Below, piece after piece: positions 36,181 to 45,470 of a DNA stretch of 64,000 nt. Location of the stretch: NCBI GenBank assembly GCA_023250675.1, contig JAHFAE010000002.1, forward strand, positions 7,491-71,490. The letters run 5' to 3'. A program made the position numbers and the translations under genes. This stretch comes from Oligoflexia bacterium (lineage in GTDB: Bacteria > Bdellovibrionota > Bdellovibrionia > JABDDW01). Every line of letters begins with the position of its first letter. Positions within the stretch are counted from its first letter, which is position 1. The notes beneath the pieces are model-generated. The model saw only the letters and a program-made list of their open reading frames with translations. It did not search any database and was not told the DNA's origin.

Positions 36181-37253
36181 CGATAACCTTTGAGAATTTT
36201 TTCCATAGCGCCTGTATCGGGGCGAAGATCACTCTCTTTGAGATGGCAAAGAGGGGTGTCGATCACGTTCAATGTTTCTGTCAAATCTTTGTTTTTAAGA
36301 TTGACGTAAAATAGCCCAGTCATGAGAGTTCCGTTTTTCTTGGATTCTTCTAATGTTTTGAGTGCATTTACTTTATCATTGGGGTCGTAGTCGTGGTTGA
36401 GCTTTTTTAGCGCGACCACACTTCCGTCGGGAAATTCAACTTCTTTCACGGTTCCTTCTGCGTAATCCACAATAATATCTTCATATGACGGAATATAACT
36501 TATTTCATGAATAGGTTGATCCTTGTCTTTTACGGCAAGATAACTTCGAGAAGAACCTTCGTGGTTATTAAATGTCACGCAAGGAGAAATGCAGTCAATG
36601 ATGGCTGTACCTCTATGACTGATTGCCCCTTTTATTAAGGGTACGAGTTGTTTAGCGTCACCCGAAAAAGATCTTGCCACATAAGAGCAACCTAAAATAA
36701 TTGCCACTTCGCAGATATCGACTTGTTCAAATGAATTTACTGCTCCGTATTTAAGTTTAGAATCTTTGTCAGCTGTTGCTGAGAACTGACCTTTTGTTAA
36801 ACCATACACACCATTATTTTCTACGATATAAACCATATCGAGATTTCTACGAATGAGATGGCAAAATTGCCCAAGGCCAATGCTTGCGGTGTCACCATCT
36901 CCGCTTACTGCGATCATATTAAGATTTCTATTAGCAGACTTTGCCCCGGTTGAAACCGAAGGCATTCGACCATGTACCGAATTAAATCCATGGGCCTGAC
37001 TCATAAAATAAGCTGGCGTTTTTGATGAGCATCCGATACCAGACATTTTGGCAACTTCGTGGGGGTTGATTCCCAACTCATAAAATGAAGTAATAATATG
37101 ATTTGTAACGCTATCATGGCCGCAACCAATGCAGAGCGTGCTTGGTGCGCCTTTGTAATCGGCTTTAGAAAGTCCAGCCCGGTTTACGGTAGCAGGTGGT
37201 GGTACTGGCGCGGCAGATGAAGCAGGGGCAGACGGGGATTCAGGGGGACTCAT
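36177..37253 (-). CDS. korB: 2-oxoglutarate/2-oxoacid:ferredoxin oxidoreductase beta subunit (TPP-binding), with an unusual Pro/Ala/Ser-rich N-terminal extension.
   Basis: LCIGCGHDSVTNHII...GIGCSSK motifs and the GDG TPP-binding loop (AVSGDGD). Start overlaps the korA stop. Confidence 0.75.
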   Translation of the reverse strand: MSPPESPSAPASSAAPVPPPATVNRAGLSKADYKGAPSTLCIGCGHDSVTNHIITSFYELGINPHEVAKMSGIGCSSKTPAYFMSQAHGFNSVHGRMPSVSTGAKSANRNLNMIAVSGDGDTASIGLGQFCHLIRRNLDMVYIVENNGVYGLTKGQFSATADKDSKLKYGAVNSFEQVDICEVAIILGCSYVARSFSGDAKQLVPLIKGAISHRGTAIIDCISPCVTFNNHEGSSRSYLAVKDKDQPIHEISYIPSYEDIIVDYAEGTVKEVEFPDGSVVALKKLNHDYDPNDKVNALKTLEESKKNGTLMTGLFYVNLKNKDLTETLNVIDTPLCHLKESDLRPDTGAMEKILKGYR

Positions 37254-39124
37254 GAACTTTCCCTTTCTTGGGTCAAGATACCTTCGGCAATAGAACTCGC
37301 ATCGATGGGCATTCCATCATAGTGAGTCACCGACCGAGATTTAGAAAAATTCTTTCCAATTCCAACACGGATCAACTGTTCCATTTGACCATCTCGGTTT
37401 TGTTCTACGACATACACCCGATCGTTTGATTCAAAAAACTTAATGACATCGCTAGAGCAGGGCAGGGCTCTGACCCGAAGATAATTTGTTTTGATCCCTT
37501 GGCTACGTAACAGGTCTCGTGCCTCGGCCATGGCGAGATCTGTACTGCCATAAGCCAATACTCCAATTTTTGCCCCCGACTCGGTTTCTAGAACAGGTTC
37601 GGGCATATACTTCGTCGCTGTTGCTATTTTGCGCTTTAATCGGTCTACGAGATTGACATAGTCTTCTGATTTTTCGGTGTATTTGGCGCCTTCATTATGA
37701 CCTGAACCTCGAACAAAGTAGGCAGCCAGTTTATGGTTTGTGCCAGGAAGAGTGCGGTAGGGGATGGCGTCGCCATCGATATCTCGATATCTTTCAAATT
37801 TTCCTACCTTTTCAAGGGCGGCGGCGTCTAATACTTTTCCACGATCAAAAGGCTTGGTTGGATTTTTAAATTCGTTTGAGGTCCAAAAATTCATTCCCAA
37901 ATCTAGATCGCTCAAAACGAAGACGGGTGTTTGAAGTCGGTCAGCCAGATCAAATGCCGATTGGGAAAACTCAAAACATTCTTCAGGATTTGCCGGGAAC
38001 AATACCGGATGATTGGTATCCCCATGACTCAATTTATATGAAAAATCCACGTCGCCCTGCATGGTGCGCGTGGGTAATCCCGTTGAGGGGCCAACTCTTT
38101 GAACATCAAAAATGACCGCGGGTACTTCGGTGAAATATCCAAAACCTGCAAATTCAGCCATGAGACTGATCCCCGGCCCGGCCGTCGCTGTCATGGCCCT
38201 TGCGCCTGCCCATCCCGCTCCCATGGTCATTCCGATAGCTGCTAATTCATCTTCGGCTTGAATCACGGCAAACTTCTTTTTGCCCGTGGCTTTGTCTATA
38301 CGAAACTCCTCAAAATAATCAATCAGGGTTTCGCAAAGTGAGCTTGAAGGAGTGATGGGATACCACGCAACAACTGAACATCCGCCGTAGAGGCAGCCAA
38401 GGGCTGCAGCGCTATTACCGTCTATGATGATCTTACCTTTATTCTTATCCATTTTTTCTAGCCGAAATGGATCAGTTTTTTTAATGCCTGTTTTTGCAAA
38501 ATCAATTCCAACTTGTACGGCCTTGAGATTGCTATCTACGACTTTTTGTTTGCTTGAAAAATTATCAGAAACAGCGCTTTTCAAAACTTCTATATCTAAA
38601 CCAAGCAATTCGGTTAAGACGCCCACGTAAATCATATTGGTTAAGAGTTTTCGCAACTTTACTTCTGTAAAATTTTCTTCAGCTAGTTTTTTGAAGGGAA
38701 CAGGATAATAAACTATGTCATCACGTTTTCCTGCCATTGTTGGAAAATCGCTATTGTAAACGAGCACCCCGCCCTTATTGACCGATCGAACATCATCAGT
38801 CCAAGTGGCCGGATTCAATGCCACTAGAATATCGATTTCTTTTTTTCGAGCCGTGTACCCAGATTTACTCACTCTTAATGTGTACCAGGTGGGTAACCCC
38901 GAAATATTTGATGGAAATAAATTCTTCGCGCCAACCGGAATTCCCATCCTAAAAATAGTTTTAAGCAAGATGTTGTTGGCTGATTGAGAACCACTTCCGT
39001 TGACAGTCGCCGCGCAAATGCTGCAATCATTAATGATTTGTTTCATATGTCCCTTTGTTTCTCGACGTAAATGCCCACTAAATTGAGACATTTTTGTATT
39101 AGACCTAAATAGGGAATTTGACAA
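37250..39124 (-). CDS. korA: 2-oxoglutarate/2-oxoacid:ferredoxin oxidoreductase alpha subunit (fused gamma-alpha type).
   Basis: 624 aa with pyruvate-flavodoxin/ferredoxin oxidoreductase-like domains. Adjacent beta subunit. Confidence 0.75.
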   Translation of the reverse strand: MSNSLFRSNTKMSQFSGHLRRETKGHMKQIINDCSICAATVNGSGSQSANNILLKTIFRMGIPVGAKNLFPSNISGLPTWYTLRVSKSGYTARKKEIDILVALNPATWTDDVRSVNKGGVLVYNSDFPTMAGKRDDIVYYPVPFKKLAEENFTEVKLRKLLTNMIYVGVLTELLGLDIEVLKSAVSDNFSSKQKVVDSNLKAVQVGIDFAKTGIKKTDPFRLEKMDKNKGKIIIDGNSAAALGCLYGGCSVVAWYPITPSSSLCETLIDYFEEFRIDKATGKKKFAVIQAEDELAAIGMTMGAGWAGARAMTATAGPGISLMAEFAGFGYFTEVPAVIFDVQRVGPSTGLPTRTMQGDVDFSYKLSHGDTNHPVLFPANPEECFEFSQSAFDLADRLQTPVFVLSDLDLGMNFWTSNEFKNPTKPFDRGKVLDAAALEKVGKFERYRDIDGDAIPYRTLPGTNHKLAAYFVRGSGHNEGAKYTEKSEDYVNLVDRLKRKIATATKYMPEPVLETESGAKIGVLAYGSTDLAMAEARDLLRSQGIKTNYLRVRALPCSSDVIKFFESNDRVYVVEQNRDGQMEQLIRVGIGKNFSKSRSVTHYDGMPIDASSIAEGILTQERESS

Positions 39125-39140
39125 CGACTAGCGGCTACCG

Positions 39141-39716
39141 CTATGCGTTAATCTGGTTGTTTTTGAGATTTTCTAAATGTGCGAGAACTTTTTGAATTTC
39201 ATTATGACCAGGAGTGTACTGCAGCGCTTTTCTAAATTCGTCAATCGCTTGGCTAATCTTACCTTGGGCCGAATAAATTCGACCAAGGTTCATGTGTGGA
39301 AAATGCTTCACTTCATATCGCTTAGCTTCTTTTGCTTTTTCTAACCAGGGAATGGCCTCATCGAGCTGATTTTTTTGAATGAGATAGCTACCAAGATCAT
39401 TGAGCGGATTTCCAAAATCGGGATCGAGCTCGATTGCCTTTTTGCAAAGTTCAATGGCTTTGTCAGTAAAACCTTTTAGACTTTGCACCCAAGCCAGGTA
39501 GGTATAGGCCTCAGAGTTTTCATAGAATGAATTTGATTTTTCAAAAGTGAGTAAAGCTGCGTCTAATTCCCCAATAGAAATCTGATGTTTTCCATCTTCA
39601 ACAAGTTGTTCTGCTCTGTATTTTGATAGATCGTGCACTGTAGACTTAGACATTCTTTTTTTACTCCAACTCTCCTCTTTGGAGTCTATAGCACTCTTAT
39701 GAGCTGATGTACACAC
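39141..39716 (-). CDS. TPR-repeat protein.
   Basis: Tandem TPR-like helices (AYTYLAWVQSLKGFTDKAIELCKKAIELDP, PLNDLGSYLIQKNQLDEAIPWLEKA...). Confidence 0.55.
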   Translation of the reverse strand: MCTSAHKSAIDSKEESWSKKRMSKSTVHDLSKYRAEQLVEDGKHQISIGELDAALLTFEKSNSFYENSEAYTYLAWVQSLKGFTDKAIELCKKAIELDPDFGNPLNDLGSYLIQKNQLDEAIPWLEKAKEAKRYEVKHFPHMNLGRIYSAQGKISQAIDEFRKALQYTPGHNEIQKVLAHLENLKNNQINA

Positions 39717-40227
39717 GTTGAAAATTCAAAATTGACGACGATACAACTTGTCCGCAGAGAAGTTCGATGAGTTCCAATTGATTCCACTCATCGAGCTTGT
39801 AAAATGTACTCATCAATGAAGGATTTGCTGTCAACCAGTTTGACACAGTGAAAAATTCGGGTAAGTTCATTGTCAAGGGGATCCAACCTTCTAACGAACC
39901 GCCCACAGCTTTTTTGAGATCACGGATCGTCGGCAAACAGCTTAAATTCTTATCAAAGATTCGATTTTCACTGGATTCTTCAGCGGATTTTCTGATGCTT
40001 AATTCGGGATCGTTTCCTCCGGCGGGACACGATAAATCAGTTAAGAGTTTTTCAAGAGTTTCGTTTTGGATTCCGTATTTTTGGCAAAATTCAAGAGCAT
40101 TGAATCCTGTTTTATGAAAAGGTTCCCACCACCATTTGACAGAAATGGAGTCTTCGATCTTAAATTTACCTACGAACTGCTGCCATTCGCCTTGATTCCA
40201 AGGAAACGGTGCAGAAAACAAATTCAT
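39697..40227 (-). CDS. Hypothetical protein (no recognisable domain), in operon context with the TPR protein and korAB.
   Basis: 176-aa ORF that overlaps both flanking genes by a few codons. Confidence 0.4.
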   Translation of the reverse strand: MNLFSAPFPWNQGEWQQFVGKFKIEDSISVKWWWEPFHKTGFNALEFCQKYGIQNETLEKLLTDLSCPAGGNDPELSIRKSAEESSENRIFDKNLSCLPTIRDLKKAVGGSLEGWIPLTMNLPEFFTVSNWLTANPSLMSTFYKLDEWNQLELIELLCGQVVSSSILNFQRVYISS

Positions 40228-41348
40228 TGGCTCACCTCTAAAAGAAATCTTGATTCAACAAGATCTACGATGTCTTCTTTTAATTCGGATCGCCTTAAGA
40301 GTTTTTCTTGAGAAGCTTTAAGAATTTTTTTATGGTAAGAAGTTAGCTTTATTTTTCTTTTGAGAAGTGTTGAATAAATAGTTCTTTTAAACCTGTAGTC
40401 AACCAATGGATTTGCAGTGACAAAATCAAGGGGTCTATTAATTCTCATTTGTATTAGGGGGCCAACCCAGACTGTAAAAGGAGAAGGGAATTGGTCAAAA
40501 GCTTCAAGCCAAAGAATTTTCTCTTCGAAGTTTTTGCCCCAGGCCTTGTCCAAAAAGCTCTTTGTGGTTTCAGAAAAGTCCCAACCATAAATAATTAAAC
40601 CAGCACTCCTTAAGTTTTTTAAAAAAGTTTCGTAAGTAAAGCTTGCCTCCCTCGTATGCAAAAATGCATCGATAAGACCACTAGTAAATGATTTTTCGGA
40701 ATGACTAAGAAAAGTTTTTCTCATGGGATGGTCCGAAGGCAAGCAAAGCGCGAAATTCTTGAGGTTTTTGTATTGATTTTTTGAAGCTGAAGTTACGTTC
40801 AATATATTAGCGATCCTTTGAAATTGTTTGATGCGACGACGATTCGATTGAGAATAGACCATGATTCGCGCAAACCCGTCTTTTTTTAAAACTTTTCTAA
40901 CTGCATCGAAACCACTTTGAGGTTCTGCCAAATGATGGATAACTCCGTAACAATGAACGTAGTCGATCGATTCTTTATTTTCGTCGGCCCATTTCAACAA
41001 GTCTTGATTGAAGAATTGGACGTTTTTGATTCTAGAAAGTCTACATTTGCGTTGGGCTAATGTTAATGACTGTGAGCTAAAATCGACGGCTCGAATATGA
41101 GCATTCTTGTGGGTAAGACCAAAAGCGTAGGGTTCAAGGGTTCCACATCCAAGGAGGGCCAAAGTTTTCTCAGAACTTGAAATAAAGCGCTGGTGAACTA
41201 AAGCAGCACCAGCCTCATAGCAGGCATGAGCTAAACTTGTGGTTACAATTCGCCCTGTCCAGGGAATTGACGGGTAAGGAAACTTTTCATATTGTTCTTG
41301 AACCACGTCCATCTTCGATAGTTTTGCTTTAAACACAGAAATGGTCAA
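40224..41348 (-). CDS. Class I SAM-dependent methyltransferase domain protein.
   Basis: Motif I LALLGCGTLEP. Acidic loop RAVDFS. Motif FDYVHCYGVIHHL. Confidence 0.55.
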   Translation of the reverse strand: MTISVFKAKLSKMDVVQEQYEKFPYPSIPWTGRIVTTSLAHACYEAGAALVHQRFISSSEKTLALLGCGTLEPYAFGLTHKNAHIRAVDFSSQSLTLAQRKCRLSRIKNVQFFNQDLLKWADENKESIDYVHCYGVIHHLAEPQSGFDAVRKVLKKDGFARIMVYSQSNRRRIKQFQRIANILNVTSASKNQYKNLKNFALCLPSDHPMRKTFLSHSEKSFTSGLIDAFLHTREASFTYETFLKNLRSAGLIIYGWDFSETTKSFLDKAWGKNFEEKILWLEAFDQFPSPFTVWVGPLIQMRINRPLDFVTANPLVDYRFKRTIYSTLLKRKIKLTSYHKKILKASQEKLLRRSELKEDIVDLVESRFLLEVSQ

Positions 41349-41407
41349 TTGTGAAGTTTGAGCAAAGGCCTTCCTAGCGCTCTTAAAATCGGTTAAAATG
41401 GGCGGGT

Positions 41408-43525
41408 ATGACGACCGCGAAATTTTCGCCTTTTATAAATAGAGAACTCAGTTGGTTAGCATTCAATGACCGAGTGCTCGAAGAAGCTCAGGACACAAAC
41501 TATCCAATCTTAGAACGGCTCAAGTTTTTGGCCATTGTGAGCTCAAATTTAGACGAGTTTTTCATGATTCGCGTGGCCGGTTTGGAGCGACAAGTCAAAC
41601 GGAGTCCCCATTCTCGTTCGGAGGATGGAATGAAAATAGAGGATACCTTATATCAAATTCGAGAATGGGTTTTAAGTCAAAAAGCTAGACAAGGAATCAT
41701 TCTCAATGACCTTCTCAAGCAGCTTCGCGATAAGGGATTAGATCTTCAAATCCATATTCCTCAGATCGACGAAGCTCATTTGAAAGTTGCCAAAAAAATT
41801 CTACCCGAAGTTAAAATTTACCATTTCAATTCTCCAGATGCATTTCATCAATTGGTAGGAAGTCAGATTTACGTTTTCGTAAGACTTAAAAATAGATTTG
41901 CAGTCTTAGGGTGGCCCGAAAAATTCGATCGCCTTGTGGCTAGTCCGTTGGCTGACAATATTAAATCAAAACACCATTTTATTTTAGCCGAAAAATTAAT
42001 AGCCGCAGCTGCCGGTCTTTATTTCGAAAATGAAACAGTCTTAGAGGCTTTTCCATTTAAAGTCATTAGAGACGCTGAGGTAGATATTGATCCAGAGACT
42101 GATCCCGAAGACCTCTTGTCTACAATTGAAGAGGCTATTTTAAATCGTGCCAAACAAACTGTTGTTCGCCTTGAAGTTGATGCACCAACAATTTCTGATG
42201 GAGCACTGTTACTGGCAAGTTCTTTAAAACTTCGCGCACGATCAGTCTACCGGTATGACGTTCCATTAGATCTTAAAATCTTGTGGAGACTTCACGGGCT
42301 TGAAGAGTTTTCTAATTTACGATTTTCTGTTTCAGGTAAAAAATCTGGCGCCCTTTCGCTTCGAGTTCCGGACCTGGTAAAGGCAGTGAAGGGGCAAGAT
42401 ATTTTACTCCATCACCCTTATGATTCATTTGATACGGTGGTAAAATTGTTACAAGCAGCAGCGCAGGACCCCTCTGTCTTCGCGATCAGACAAACGCTTT
42501 ATAGAACGGGCAAAAACTCTCCCATTGTTGCTGCTCTTATAGAAGCTGCGAAAAGGGGAAAACAGGTTACCGTATTTATTGAACTCAGGGCGAGGTTCGA
42601 CGAAGTTCATAATATCGAACTTGCTAAAGAGTTTAAAAGATATGGTGTAAAGGTTTTAGAGGGATTTTCAGATAAAAAAATTCACTGTAAATTGACCCAA
42701 ATTTTAAGAAGAGAAAAGCAGGAAGTCATTTCATTTGTACACATTGGTACGGGCAATTACAATCCCAGTACTGCGAAACTTTACACTGATCTGGGTCTTC
42801 TCACCACAAGCAAATCATTTGGGCGAGATGCAGAAAAAATCTTTAGGTCTCTGCAAAACAAAACCATTCCTAGAACATTTGAAACATTCGTTGCGGCACC
42901 GGTACAGTTACATAAAAAAATATTAGATTGGATTCGATTTGAAACTAAGCGGTCCTTGGCGGGTGATAAAAAGTCTCATATTATTGCAAAAATCAATGCG
43001 CTTGTTGATGTTCAGCTGGTCGAAGCACTCTATAAAGCATCTAAGGCCGGCGTAAAAATAGATCTTATCGTACGGGGAGCTTGTATGCTTCGACCCGGTG
43101 TTCCGGGTTTAAGCGAGAATATTAGGGTTACAAGTATTGTTGAAAAGTACCTAGAGCACAGTCGCATCTACTTTTTTCAAAATGGTGAGCACCCGCAAGT
43201 TTATCTCTCAAGTGCCGACTGGATGCCTCGAAATTTTCATAAACGAATTGAAGTGGCATTTCCTATTCATGATAGCGATCTCAAAAAGTATATCAGAGAT
43301 GTAGTACTCGAAAACCTTATAAAGGATAATCAAAAAGCTCGACAGCTCATGCCCGATGGCCAGTGGATCAAAATTATTCCCAGGCAGGGGGAGTCAAGTC
43401 ACCGTGCCCAGTTAGTTTTTGATAAATTGGCCGAGAACAACTACGAGGGTACTCCGCTGTATTCTAGATTCGTATTTCAAAAAGACGAAGCGTTTAACTT
43501 ACCCGAAGGAGTCAAGCCTTCTTGA
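41408..43525 (+). CDS. ppk: Polyphosphate kinase 1.
   Basis: 705 aa with N-terminal FINRELSWLAFNDRVLEEA...ERLKFLAIVSSNLDEFFMIRVAGL, characteristic of PPK1, and tandem PLD-like C-terminal domains. Confidence 0.85.
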   Translation: MTTAKFSPFINRELSWLAFNDRVLEEAQDTNYPILERLKFLAIVSSNLDEFFMIRVAGLERQVKRSPHSRSEDGMKIEDTLYQIREWVLSQKARQGIILNDLLKQLRDKGLDLQIHIPQIDEAHLKVAKKILPEVKIYHFNSPDAFHQLVGSQIYVFVRLKNRFAVLGWPEKFDRLVASPLADNIKSKHHFILAEKLIAAAAGLYFENETVLEAFPFKVIRDAEVDIDPETDPEDLLSTIEEAILNRAKQTVVRLEVDAPTISDGALLLASSLKLRARSVYRYDVPLDLKILWRLHGLEEFSNLRFSVSGKKSGALSLRVPDLVKAVKGQDILLHHPYDSFDTVVKLLQAAAQDPSVFAIRQTLYRTGKNSPIVAALIEAAKRGKQVTVFIELRARFDEVHNIELAKEFKRYGVKVLEGFSDKKIHCKLTQILRREKQEVISFVHIGTGNYNPSTAKLYTDLGLLTTSKSFGRDAEKIFRSLQNKTIPRTFETFVAAPVQLHKKILDWIRFETKRSLAGDKKSHIIAKINALVDVQLVEALYKASKAGVKIDLIVRGACMLRPGVPGLSENIRVTSIVEKYLEHSRIYFFQNGEHPQVYLSSADWMPRNFHKRIEVAFPIHDSDLKKYIRDVVLENLIKDNQKARQLMPDGQWIKIIPRQGESSHRAQLVFDKLAENNYEGTPLYSRFVFQKDEAFNLPEGVKPS

Positions 43526-43608
43526 ATTTCATGTCGACGAATCTGTTAAGCAATGTTTTATGAAACTAGTCTATTGCAAATCCCATGGGCCAATCGTATA
43601 AATGATCA

Positions 43609-45327
43609 ATGATAAATATTCTTGGATTGACTTTATCGTTAATTGTTTCCTGCAACACCTTTGCAGACATGGATGTGTCTTTTACGATCAAAACCTCAAA
43701 AATTGATACACTTACCAATGAAATCACTTTCGTAGCACCGCCAAATCACCATTTTAATGGGCAATCCCCCTCCTTGGCTGAAGGACAGGCAGGTGGAAAT
43801 TGGGTCAGGGCACATACGCTAAATACTTCAGGTAATGAAGTGAAAGCATTCTGGGAAGAAAAAATTGAACCTTGCCATCTGCGGGCGCATTTATATATGT
43901 GTGACGATGCAAACACTTATTGTTTACCGATTAAACAAAATTTTAGTTGTCGTGGTAAAGAGTTCTATATCTCTGGCTGGCTTGATGATGAAAAGGATAA
44001 AGTCAAACCAACTGAAGAATCGATTGGATCTCAAGACGGTTTTATATTAAATGATGCTAGAATTGTTTTTGAAAAAGCAAGAGTTGAAAACAAACTGGTC
44101 CTCATTGATTTTTTTGGCATTTGGTGTCCTCCCTGTAACATGTTGGATGAAACAGTCTTTTCTTCAGAAGATTTTTCAAAATTGAAAGGGAGTTTTATAC
44201 TCTTGAAAATTGACGTAGATAAACCATTGGCCTGGGACCTGAAATCCAAATACAAGATTAGAGGTTACCCGACAGTTTTGTTTACCACCCCAAAGGGAGA
44301 TGAGATAGACCGAATTCTTGGAGCCCGCACCCTTCCCGATTTTATCAAAGTAATGAAAAAGGCACTATCTAATAAGACCAATTCATTTGTCGAAGCAAAA
44401 CGTATTGCCGATGAGAAAAACGATAAAAATGCCGCATTGCAGGTGGGCAATATTTATTTAAACCGCAGAGAGTATCATGATGCTCACTTCTATTATTTAA
44501 AGTCTATTTTAAATGGTAGTGCTGGGTCGGCGCGCAAAAACTTAGAAAATAATATCATGAGTGCGACTCTTGGAATTTATGCAAATGCCGCTGATTCGAA
44601 TTCTCGTCAGAGACATGTTGCTCTATTAAAAATGGCAATAGAAAAATTTCCCCACTATATTGAGGCACTGGATCGAGCGGACGAATTGGTTAACCAAACT
44701 AAAGAACTAGAAAATAAATCTGCAGAACGTGAAGTCTTAAATCTTCAGATTAATACGGCCAAGTGGTTTCTTAAGAATCCCAAAGCTTTACAAGGATCAG
44801 AATGGACTTTTGGGGATTTGTACCAGGTCATTGGGGATTCCTACGGCTCACTCACTGAAATAGAAAAGTCGAGGGAATCATATAAAGAAGCTTCAAAATA
44901 CTACTTAAAGCAAATTCAAGATGCACATCTTAATGAAAATTCTGAAAGAGGATTTAATTTGGAGAGAATTTATTGCCTTTGGAAATCTGGCCGGGTTGAA
45001 GAAGCCCGGCAAGCCTATGAAAAATTAGAAAAAATATACCCAGAAGAATTCACATTTTATTATCAGCATGGCCGGCTTTTAGACGAAATCAAACTCCCCA
45101 AAGAAGCTCAGGGTAAAGCGGAAAAAGCATACAAATTTTCTTATGGGGACAACCATCTGCGTTCAGCGGCATTACTTGCAAAAATTCTCAAAGACCTCGG
45201 GGAAAGTGCAGGTGCCCAAAAGATCTTAGATGAAACCATGAAAAACACCGATTTACCGGAAGACAAATCTGTTCGGACCCACCGATATTTTGAAAAGCTT
45301 CAAAAACTAAAAGCAGAACTGAAATAA
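43609..45327 (+). CDS. Lipoprotein/secreted thioredoxin-fold protein (WCPPC active site) fused to C-terminal TPR repeats.
   Basis: Lipobox-like LSLIVSC. Thioredoxin motif DFFGIWCPPCNML. TPR-like helical repeats in the C-terminal half. Confidence 0.55.
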   Translation: MINILGLTLSLIVSCNTFADMDVSFTIKTSKIDTLTNEITFVAPPNHHFNGQSPSLAEGQAGGNWVRAHTLNTSGNEVKAFWEEKIEPCHLRAHLYMCDDANTYCLPIKQNFSCRGKEFYISGWLDDEKDKVKPTEESIGSQDGFILNDARIVFEKARVENKLVLIDFFGIWCPPCNMLDETVFSSEDFSKLKGSFILLKIDVDKPLAWDLKSKYKIRGYPTVLFTTPKGDEIDRILGARTLPDFIKVMKKALSNKTNSFVEAKRIADEKNDKNAALQVGNIYLNRREYHDAHFYYLKSILNGSAGSARKNLENNIMSATLGIYANAADSNSRQRHVALLKMAIEKFPHYIEALDRADELVNQTKELENKSAEREVLNLQINTAKWFLKNPKALQGSEWTFGDLYQVIGDSYGSLTEIEKSRESYKEASKYYLKQIQDAHLNENSERGFNLERIYCLWKSGRVEEARQAYEKLEKIYPEEFTFYYQHGRLLDEIKLPKEAQGKAEKAYKFSYGDNHLRSAALLAKILKDLGESAGAQKILDETMKNTDLPEDKSVRTHRYFEKLQKLKAELK

Positions 45328-45401
45328 TATTTCTCATCTTTTTCGATTCTAAATTGGCTTCTTAAACTAGCCAATTTGCCCTTCGAACTTTTTGCCGGAA
45401 A

Positions 45402-45470
45402 GGCCTTATATTTGCGGAAAAACCACCAGGCACCTCTATATTTGCGGAAAAGGTGCCTGGCACCTAGGCC
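45402..45470. repeat. Solo REP-like doublet, same family and orientation as the 32441-32505 copy, filling the spacer between convergent genes.
   Basis: GCCTTATATTTGCGGAAAAACCACCAGGCACCTCTATATTTGCGGAAAAGGTGCCTGGCACCTAGGCCC. Near-identical to the right REP of the RAYT locus. Confidence 0.75.
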
